Part shown: piece by piece, positions 1 to 7,316 of the stretch | Numbering within the stretch: position 1 is the stretch's first letter | How the letters are laid out: each line of letters starts with the position of its first letter | Assembly (NCBI GenBank): GCA_041483195.1 | Contig: JBGPFC010000044.1 | Coordinates: 1 to 28,528 of the forward strand | Origin: Candidatus Eiseniibacteriota bacterium | GTDB taxonomy: Bacteria; Eisenbacteria; RBG-16-71-46 | Reading direction: 5' to 3' | Length of the DNA: 28,528 nt | Position numbers and translations under genes: made by a program | Notes under the pieces: generated by a model | What the model saw: the letters and a program-made list of their open reading frames with translations, nothing else | Databases searched by the model: none | Told to the model about the DNA's origin: nothing

Positions 1-213
1 CCCGACCTATTCATGAACGCGACGTCGTCAGGGTCTGGGGACGAGATCGCGGTGACCGACGCGATCGAGAAGGTACTCCGAGGAGCTTCGCAGTGGTGAG
101 GAGTATCGCGACGCGACGAACGGTGAGCGGCGATGAGCTCACGGCAGCGTTGCAGGCAAGGCTCCGCCCCGAGGCGTGACGAAGGGAGCGCGATGCGAAC
201 GAGGTGCGCGGAC

Positions 214-1584
214 TCAGCCGGGACTTGCGCCGCTCTGCAGGGCGATGCGACGCCAGCCGTCGCGGAACGGGAACGTCTCGGGCAGCCGCAGCACGAGCCG
301 GCGCACCGAGGCGACGACCTGCACGCCGATCTTGAGCAACTCGAGGCGCAGGGTGGCGACCTGGGCGCGCGCCCAGGCGGTGCCGCGGGCGGCGAGCCGC
401 AGCTCCTGGAGCAGCGCGTAGGCGGCCGCCGCGAGCAGGACGCGCAGCTGGTTGGCGCGGAAGCGCGTGCAGCTGGTGCGGTCGATCGCGACGTCGAACA
501 GTTCCTTGATGCGGTTCTCGATCTCGCCGCGCATGCAGTAGAGCCGTTCGTAGATCCGGCGGGGCGAGCGCTGGAGGTTGGTGACGACGAAGCGCGGGTT
601 GTCACGCATCTCACGGCCCTCGAGCTGCACCACCTCGGCCTTGAGAATGACGCGACGCTCGCGGTCCCAGGTGCCGGCGGCGTAGGTGAGCTCGGTGTAG
701 ACGTGTTCGGTCTGTCCGGAGGCGAGGCTCCGCTCGCGGGCGGTGAGCATGTCGAGCGCGGCGAGCCGCACCAGCACCTCGTTCTGGGGCAGGCCGACCA
801 CGTAGTCGACGTCGACCTCATCGAGGAAGGTGAACAGTTCGGTCTCGGCGAAGCCGCCATCGAGGCGCACCAGGATGCGCGCCTGCGGGAACCGTTCCTG
901 CAATCGTTCGAGCAGGGGCTTGAGGATCGCGAGCGCGCCGCGCTGGGTGGGGGCGTTGCCCGGGCGCAGGACCGCCGCGCACAGGTACTGCTCGCACTCG
1001 TGGTCGAAGTTGAGAAACGCCAGCATCGGCAGGTAGCACCAGGTGCCGTAGAAGCCGTTGAAGAAGCTGAGCTGCTGGGCGCCGTGGGTAGGATCGTCGG
1101 TGATGTCGAGGTCCACCGTGATGCGCCGCACCTGGCGACGACGGCGAGCGTGGCGCTCCAGCACCGCTTCGAACAGCGCCTCGCTCATCCCCAGCAACTC
1201 GCCGCGGGTGACGCCGTTCTCGAAGCGCGACAGCGTCGGCTGCGAGGCGAGCGCGTCGCCGGCGACCGGATCACGACCGAGCAACAGCTTGTGCATCGGG
1301 TCTTCGGCGAGCCGGGCCGCGTCGTTCGCATCCTCGTAGCCCAGCGCGAGGCCGAAGATGCGCTGGCCGAGCAGGTCCTCGAGCCCGTGGCGAACCTTGC
1401 CCGCTTCGCGCCCGTCGTCGAGCGCCGCCGCCAGTCGCGCGATCAGGCCGAGCCGGCGATCGGCGGCCTTGAGCAGCACGGCGCCGCCGTCGGAGCTGGC
1501 GTGGGGGACATCGAACCTGGCGGTGAGGGGCTTCCCGAAAAGATCCGGGAACAGTACACAGGGTGTCGTGGTAGAGTGCGACAC
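214..1584 (-). CDS. IS1380-family transposase (DDE_Tnp_1_4)
   Basis: Motifs SSDGGAVLL, GYEDANDA, LASQPTLSRFEN, DLDITDDPTHGAQQ, VRLDGGF and RGEIENRIKE. Probable GTG start at 1584 with GGAGG 7 nt upstream; the ORF track starts at 1623. Confidence 0.95.
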   Translation of the reverse strand: MSHSTTTPCVLFPDLFGKPLTARFDVPHASSDGGAVLLKAADRRLGLIARLAAALDDGREAGKVRHGLEDLLGQRIFGLALGYEDANDAARLAEDPMHKLLLGRDPVAGDALASQPTLSRFENGVTRGELLGMSEALFEAVLERHARRRRQVRRITVDLDITDDPTHGAQQLSFFNGFYGTWCYLPMLAFLNFDHECEQYLCAAVLRPGNAPTQRGALAILKPLLERLQERFPQARILVRLDGGFAETELFTFLDEVDVDYVVGLPQNEVLVRLAALDMLTARERSLASGQTEHVYTELTYAAGTWDRERRVILKAEVVQLEGREMRDNPRFVVTNLQRSPRRIYERLYCMRGEIENRIKELFDVAIDRTSCTRFRANQLRVLLAAAAYALLQELRLAARGTAWARAQVATLRLELLKIGVQVVASVRRLVLRLPETFPFRDGWRRIALQSGASPG

Positions 1585-1585
1585 G

Positions 1586-1650
1586 CGAAGACCTCCGTCC
1601 GTGGAAGAGAGTGGCGTCGACAACCGCTTTCTACCACACGGAGGTCTTCG
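1586..1650 (-). promoter_or_regulatory. Hairpin occluding the transposase RBS
   Basis: Perfect 13-bp inverted repeat CGAAGACCTCCGT (1586-1598) / ACGGAGGTCTTCG (1638-1650) with further internal pairing. One arm contains the RBS. Confidence 0.65.
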
Positions 1651-1833
1651 TGTTCCTCACTTCTTGTGAATAATCCGGGTTAGGAATACCAGCGACCACA
1701 CATCAAGACCCAAAACCCCGGTGGGTGCGACGCTGCTCGGCCACGGAGTCTTCTTGCCCGCAGCGGGGCCAGATTACGTACCGCCTCGGCCTGAAGCCGC
1801 GGCCGTTGTGACGTCGGAGCCACCAAACCGACC

Positions 1834-4200
1834 TCATTCGAGCACGACTATCTTGCGTGTCACGCTCACACCTGCCGCCTCAAGTCGGCAGAAATAGCAA
1901 CCTGCCCTCCATCCGTCAGTTCTAATTGTCACGTCGTAGGCACCCGCGGGGCGCAGCTCACCGTCGAGGAGCACTGCGACCCGGCGACCCTGGAGGTCGT
2001 ACACGACCAGCGATACGGGCGCGCGAGACGGGAGCGTGAAGCGGATCAGAGCCTTCGATGTCGCTGGGTTGGGGACCGCCTGCCCCAGCGACAGCGAAGG
2101 GGCCACTTCGCGCAAGGGAACGTCGACCGTGGTCGAAGTGATCGCCGCCAGATAGGACTGTGGCTGCCTGCCGATAGACGCGAAGTCACCTCCTGCATAG
2201 ACTCTAGCCCCGACCGCCGACACGGCGTACACATGCCAGTCGGCGTCCGGGTTCCACGGGGTAGCAAGACCGGTTGTGGCGTCCAACGCGGCGATGTAGT
2301 TGCGCTGCTGCCCGCCTATGCTCTGGAATTCACCGCCCACATAGACTGTGTTTCCACTCGCCGACACGACGTGCACCCAGCTGCTCGCATTCGGGTTCCA
2401 CGGTGTCAGGACATCCGTTCGGGTGTCCAATGCGGCGATGTGGTGCCGAGACTGCCCAGCGAGAGTGTTGAAGTAGCCGGCGATGTAGACCGTAGTTCCG
2501 CTCGTGGCCAAGTGGTAATACTGGCCGAATGTAGTCGGGTTCCAGGCGGTCGCGGCCCCCGTTATCGTATCCAGGGCCGCGAGGTGGGAGCGGGATTGAC
2601 CGCCGATCCGCGCGAAGTCTCCGCACGCGTAAACCTTGCCTCCACACACCGCCACATCGTGCACCTCCGAGCTCGCGTCCGGGTTCCAGCCCGTCGCGGC
2701 GCCCGTCGTGGCATCCAGTGCGGCGATGCGGTGGCGTACCTGCCCGCCGATACTGGTGAAGAACCCGCAGGCGTACAAGACATCCCCGGACGGCACCACG
2801 CGGTCCACAACATTGTCCGCATCCGGATCCCACGCCGTGGGCGCGCCGCTCGCGGCATCCAGCTCGGCGATTCGGTTGCGAACCTGCCCACCGATGCTGG
2901 TGAAAGACCCGCAGGCGTAGATCCGGCCCGCATTCACCGCGAGATCGTAGACAGGCCCGTTGGCGTTTGGGTTCCAGTCGGTCGGCGCGCCCGTCGTGGC
3001 ATCCAGGGCGGCGAGCCGGTTGCGCGTCAATCCGCCGAACATGAACTCTCCACCGAGATAGATCCTGCTCCCGTTCAGTGCCGCGGAATAGACAACCCCA
3101 CTCATGTTTGGATTCCAATCAGTCACGAGGCCGGTCGCGACGTCGACCGTGGCAATGCGATTTCGCGCTTGCCCGCCGATGTGCCACATGTTCCCGGAGA
3201 CGAACACCGTGGATTCACTCGCCGTCAGGTCGAACACCCAATCATCCGGGTCCGGATTCCAAGCGGTCGCGCCCCCGGTCGCAAGATTCAGCGCCGCAAG
3301 ATAGTTGCGCGCCTGCCCGCCGATGTTCGTGAAGATGCCACCGGCATACACCGCGCTGTCGTTCAACGCAATAGCAGACACGATGTCATCGGCGTTCGGA
3401 TCCCAGGAGGTGGCAAGCCCGGTCGAGGAGTCCAGCGCGGCGATGTAGTTGCGCTGCTGCCCGCCAATGTTCTTGAAGTCACCACCGACGTAGAGTGTGT
3501 TGCCCCTCGTGACGATGGCACGCACCTCGAGATCCGGATTTGGGTCCCAGGGCCTCGCCGCACCGGTTGCAAAATCCAGTGCCGCGAGCCAACTGCGCGC
3601 CCTCCCACCAATGATCGAAAAGAATCCCGAGGCATAGATGGTGTTTCCGTTCACGGCCAGCGCTTCGACCAGGCCACTCGCGTTTGGGTTCCACGCGCTA
3701 GCCGCGCCCGTGGTGGCATCTAGCGCCGCAAGCTTGTTGCGCGTCTGCCCGCCGATGCTGGTGAAATCCCCGCCCACGTACACCGTTGATCCGCTCACCG
3801 CGAGGGCGAGGACCACGTTGTCGGCGTTCGGGTTCCACTCCGCCACGATGCCGTTCGCAAGAATGTGACCCAGGTTGGAGCGAGCGAGCCCTCCTGCGGA
3901 CGCAAAGTCGCCGCCGATGTACCAGCCTCCCGAGCCATCCGGAGCCACTGCAAGAACCCGGCCCGCGATTTTGGGGAATAGTTGCGAGATCGCGCCACTC
4001 GACAGGTCAAGTTGCACGCCCCCACCTGTGGCGCGTCCCACCCGCGTGAAATATCCACCAATGTAAATAGTGTTATGGTCGCGCACGATTGCTGACACGG
4101 TGCCGTCCGTCACCCACAGTCTCGTATCAATGGCCTGGGCACAGACCGTCGTCGCCCCAATAAGCAGAGCGCACGATGCTCTCAATACGAGCGACGTCAT
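1834..4200 (-). CDS. Secreted repeat beta-propeller protein (about 14 x 48-aa W[ND]P repeats) with C-terminal T9SS-CTD/FlgD-like domain
   Basis: Repeat consensus WNPNAD..V.ALAVSG..VYVGG.F.SIGGQ.RN.IAALD.TTG. C-terminus PNP...F.LP...VYDLQGRRV...RKIVVLE. ATG at 4200 has a GGAGGAGG RBS and a signal peptide (MTSLVLRASCALLIGATTVCA-Q). The frame stays open to 4413. Confidence 0.88.
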   Translation of the reverse strand: MTSLVLRASCALLIGATTVCAQAIDTRLWVTDGTVSAIVRDHNTIYIGGYFTRVGRATGGGVQLDLSSGAISQLFPKIAGRVLAVAPDGSGGWYIGGDFASAGGLARSNLGHILANGIVAEWNPNADNVVLALAVSGSTVYVGGDFTSIGGQTRNKLAALDATTGAASAWNPNASGLVEALAVNGNTIYASGFFSIIGGRARSWLAALDFATGAARPWDPNPDLEVRAIVTRGNTLYVGGDFKNIGGQQRNYIAALDSSTGLATSWDPNADDIVSAIALNDSAVYAGGIFTNIGGQARNYLAALNLATGGATAWNPDPDDWVFDLTASESTVFVSGNMWHIGGQARNRIATVDVATGLVTDWNPNMSGVVYSAALNGSRIYLGGEFMFGGLTRNRLAALDATTGAPTDWNPNANGPVYDLAVNAGRIYACGSFTSIGGQVRNRIAELDAASGAPTAWDPDADNVVDRVVPSGDVLYACGFFTSIGGQVRHRIAALDATTGAATGWNPDASSEVHDVAVCGGKVYACGDFARIGGQSRSHLAALDTITGAATAWNPTTFGQYYHLATSGTTVYIAGYFNTLAGQSRHHIAALDTRTDVLTPWNPNASSWVHVVSASGNTVYVGGEFQSIGGQQRNYIAALDATTGLATPWNPDADWHVYAVSAVGARVYAGGDFASIGRQPQSYLAAITSTTVDVPLREVAPSLSLGQAVPNPATSKALIRFTLPSRAPVSLVVYDLQGRRVAVLLDGELRPAGAYDVTIRTDGWRAGCYFCRLEAAGVSVTRKIVVLE

Positions 4201-4387
4201 ATACCTCCTCCAATGGCCCTGGTCACTACGTGTGATCACCTCGCTCGTGCCCCTGGCAATGCGACGGCCGTGTCGCAACAGCCACGGGCGCTGGGGAATC
4301 ACCGAGGCACCGATCACGAAAGGGGCGAATGTGGAGACACTCGCGACGCGGCGGGGAAACGCACCGCACGGGCGCGGTATGACATTG

Positions 4388-4575
4388 CGATTGAACATGA
4401 GCCACCTGCTCATGCCGCAGGAGCATCACGTCTCGCGTGCGGAGCGGCTCACCCCACGCGGGGCGCGCGCGTCGAAGCCGATGGCGTCAGAGGGTGGGTT
4501 CCGGTGAGCGCCACGATTCCAGCTGTGGCGTGCCTCAGACACGGAGAGGGTAGCACTCCCCCATGGCGAGTCCAG
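4388..4575 (-). repeat. Conserved promoter/5' leader element, copy 1
   Basis: 4388-4560 matches 7084-7256 at 167/173 nt, plus a shared GAGTCCAG block at 4568-4575. Confidence 0.95.
4547..4574 (-). promoter_or_regulatory. Putative sigma70-type promoter TGGACT-N16-TACCCT with extended -10 TG
   Basis: Both boxes are identical in the second copy (7243-7270) while part of the spacer differs. Confidence 0.55.
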
Positions 4576-4595
4576 TGCGCGTCTACCGGCTGCCC

Positions 4596-7109
4596 CTAAC
4601 GGAGCATGACCAGCCTCTTGACCGCGACCTCACGCCCCGCGCGGACTCGCAGGACGTAGACGCCCATACGCGTCATCGCGCCCGAGTCATCCCGCCCGTC
4701 CCAGCGGATTCTGTGCTCGCCCGGCGTCTCGAGCCCCCCGGACACCAGTGACCGAACCTTGCGTCCGGCGAGATCGAACATGCTCAAGTCCACGGTGCAC
4801 GCGATCGGCAGTGCGTATCGAAACTCGTTCGTTCCGTGAGAAGGATTGGGAATGGGTGCTGCAAGCTGAAGAAACTGCGAAGCGACGAATGGCGCTTGAT
4901 TCACATCGAGTGTTCCAGGTCCGATGTTCATGAGCACCACAACTCGGTTGTAGGTCGCCACCGCCAAGTCGGGCCTTCCGTCTGCGTTGAGATCCCCGAT
5001 CGTTACCGTGGAGGGTCCGGCTCCAGCTCCGAAGTCCGTCTTCTTCCCAAAGCCCCCGTCACAGTTCCCGAGCAGCACCGAGACCGTGTTGGAGCCGTTC
5101 GCTACAGCTAGGTCGGGTTTTCCATCCACGTCGAGATCCCCAATCGCCACGGAGCTGGGCTGGCTCCCCGTGCTGTATTCGGTATTCACTCCGAAGCTCC
5201 CGGCGCCGTTGTTGAGCAGTACCGAAACCGCACTCGAGTAGGAGTTCGCTACCGCCAGGTCGGGGTTGCCGTCGCCGTTCATGTCGCCGATCGCCACGAA
5301 GCTGGGATAGTCCCCCGTGCCGAAGTCGGTCTTCGCCCTGAAGGTTCCGTCGCCGTTTCCGAGCAGGACCGAAACCGTATTGGAGCGGCAGTTGGCCACG
5401 GCGAGATCGGCTTTCCCGTCCGCGTCGAGGTCGCGGATCGCCACGTACGCCGGGACTTGCCCCGTTCCGAAGTCGGTCCCCATACCGAAGGTGCCGTCCC
5501 CACGACCGAGCATCACCGACACCGTGTTTGAGGTGGAGTTCGTAACCGCCAAGTCAAGCTTGCCATCCATGTTGAGATCCCCGATCGCCACGGAGAAAGT
5601 GACCCCCCCAGCCCCGAGGTCAGTCTTCTCCCCGAAGGTCCCGTCGCCACGGCCGAGCAAAACTGACACTGTGTTAGAGAAGTAGTTTGCCACCGCCAAG
5701 TCGGGGCTGCTGTCGCCGTTGAGGTCCCCGATCGCCACGGAGATTGGACCATCCCCCGTCCTAGAGTCCCTCTTCGTCCCGAACGTCCCGCCACCGCTGC
5801 CGAGCAGCACGCACACCGTGTTGGAGTCCGAGTTCGCTACCGCCAGGTCTAGTTTCCCGTCCGCGTTGAGGTCCCCGATCGTCATGGGGCCGAACCCACC
5901 GCCCGTCTCGAAGTTTGCCTGCGTCCCGAAGCTCCCGGTGCCGTCGCCAAGCATCACGGACACGGCACTCGAGGTTGCATCCGCCACAACCAGGTCGGGT
6001 TGCAGATCGGCGTTCAGATCCCCGATCCGTACGGATTGGGGGGTAACCCCCGCCCCGAAGTCGGTCTTTGCCCCGAAGGTCCCGTCGCCGTTGCCGGGCA
6101 ACACCGACACCGTGCTGGAGGCTGAGTTCGCCACCGCCAAATCGGTGTTGCCGTCGCCGTTGAGATCCTCAATCGATACGAAGGTGGGAGATCCCCCCGT
6201 TGCGTATTCGTGCTGAATGCTGAACGTGCCATTGCCATTGCCAATGAGAACCGACACCGCGCTGGTACCGTAGTTCGCCACCGCGAGATCGGGGTTCCCA
6301 TCCGAGTCAAGGTCCCCGATCGTCACGGAGAACGGCAGGCTACCCGTTCCGAAGCCAGTCCTCGCCCCGAAGGTCCCATCACCATTTCCGAGCAGTATCG
6401 ACACCGTGTTGGCCCCCCAGTTGGTCACCGCCAGGTCGGGTTTCCCGTCGGCGCTGAGGTCCCCGATCGCCACAGAGGTGGGTCCACTCCCCGCCCCGAA
6501 GTCGGTCTTTGCCCCGAAGGTCCCGTCGCCATTGCCGAGCAGCACTGACACGGTGTTGGACCCGCGATTCGCGACTGCCAGATCGGGCTTCCCGTCCATA
6601 TTCAAGTCCTCGATCGCGACCGAAAAGGGCTGGGCAGCCGTGTGGAAGTCGGTCTTGCCGCCGAAGGTCCCATCGCCATTGCCGAGCAGTACTGACACTG
6701 TATTCGAGCTTCCGGTCGCCACCACCAGGTCGAGCTTCGCATCGGCATTGAGATCCCCGACCGCCACCGAGTAAGGCTCGCTCCCGGTTTGGAAGTCCAT
6801 CCTTGCCTGAAATGTCCCGTCCCCGTTGCCGAGCAGCACCGACACCGCATGGGAACCAGCGTCCGCCGTCGCGAGGTCGAGCTTTCCATCCCCGTTGAGG
6901 TCCGCCATCACCATGGCGAAGGGCTCCCTGCCCGTGTCAAACGATAGGAACGGTGCGGCGAACAAGGGAGCCGCGACAGCGACTCGCAGTTGAGCTGTGG
7001 AGATGACGACTGCGCACAGGGGGAGCGAAGAGATCATGGCGACGCCGCGGGCGAACCCACCGCGCGTGCGTTGTGTCGCTTTTCGATTGAACATGAGCCA
7101 CCTGCTCAT
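4596..7109 (-). CDS. Secreted FG-GAP/VCBS repeat protein (14 x 49-aa repeats) with C-terminal FlgD-Ig/T9SS-CTD-like domain
   Basis: 14 GDLNxDGKxDLAVAN...VSVLLGNGDGTF repeats. C-terminus PNPS...DLAGRKVRSL...WDGRDDSG...KRLVMLR. The start could be the second ATG at 7094. Confidence 0.92.
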   Translation of the reverse strand: MSRWLMFNRKATQRTRGGFARGVAMISSLPLCAVVISTAQLRVAVAAPLFAAPFLSFDTGREPFAMVMADLNGDGKLDLATADAGSHAVSVLLGNGDGTFQARMDFQTGSEPYSVAVGDLNADAKLDLVVATGSSNTVSVLLGNGDGTFGGKTDFHTAAQPFSVAIEDLNMDGKPDLAVANRGSNTVSVLLGNGDGTFGAKTDFGAGSGPTSVAIGDLSADGKPDLAVTNWGANTVSILLGNGDGTFGARTGFGTGSLPFSVTIGDLDSDGNPDLAVANYGTSAVSVLIGNGNGTFSIQHEYATGGSPTFVSIEDLNGDGNTDLAVANSASSTVSVLPGNGDGTFGAKTDFGAGVTPQSVRIGDLNADLQPDLVVADATSSAVSVMLGDGTGSFGTQANFETGGGFGPMTIGDLNADGKLDLAVANSDSNTVCVLLGSGGGTFGTKRDSRTGDGPISVAIGDLNGDSSPDLAVANYFSNTVSVLLGRGDGTFGEKTDLGAGGVTFSVAIGDLNMDGKLDLAVTNSTSNTVSVMLGRGDGTFGMGTDFGTGQVPAYVAIRDLDADGKADLAVANCRSNTVSVLLGNGDGTFRAKTDFGTGDYPSFVAIGDMNGDGNPDLAVANSYSSAVSVLLNNGAGSFGVNTEYSTGSQPSSVAIGDLDVDGKPDLAVANGSNTVSVLLGNCDGGFGKKTDFGAGAGPSTVTIGDLNADGRPDLAVATYNRVVVLMNIGPGTLDVNQAPFVASQFLQLAAPIPNPSHGTNEFRYALPIACTVDLSMFDLAGRKVRSLVSGGLETPGEHRIRWDGRDDSGAMTRMGVYVLRVRAGREVAVKRLVMLR

Positions 7110-7271
7110 GCCGCAGGAGCATCACGTCCCGCGTGCGGAGCGGCTCACCCCACGCGGGGCGCGCGCGTCGAAGCCGATGGCGTCAGAGGGTGGGTTCCGG
7201 TGAGCGCCACGATTGCGACTGTGGCGCGCCTCAGACCCGGAGAGGGTAGCACTCCCGCGGGGAGAGTCCAG
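7084..7271 (-). repeat. Conserved promoter/5' leader element, copy 2
   Basis: Direct repeat of 4388-4575 at an offset of 2696 bp. Confidence 0.95.
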
Positions 7272-7316
7272 GGTGACCAAAGGGACCGGGGCCCCGCCCG
7301 CCCCATTCGCGAGGCC

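Larger units (their letters stand above)
1..1679 (-). mobile_element. IS1380-family insertion sequence, apparently complete
   Basis: Imperfect terminal inverted repeats: CCCGACCTATTCATGA at 1-16 and CCCGGATTATTCACAA as the reverse complement of 1664-1679. They enclose one DDE transposase in about 1.68 kb. The right flank reads TTAG; the left flank is outside the window. Confidence 0.85.

Noticed and set aside
133..1683. 516-aa plus-strand ORF, and similar long ORFs at 2233-3723, 11881-13911, 14425-16320, 16966-18810, 19371-21338 and 24998-28042
   Set aside because: Antisense shadows of well-supported genes, expected in high-GC DNA, with no recognisable motifs.
4226..4429. Small ORFs MMLLRHEQVAHVQS (also 6937-7125) as leader peptides
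   Set aside because: The similarity is confined to the duplicated DNA, there is no RBS, and the sequences diverge afterwards.
1834..7109. Diversity-generating retroelement acting on the repeat proteins
   Set aside because: No reverse transcriptase and no TR/VR pair with adenine-specific differences.
4388..7271. The repeats as integron attC sites or a CRISPR array
   Set aside because: No RYYYAAC...GTTRRRY box pair, no integrase or cas genes, only two long copies, and each includes a promoter and start codon.
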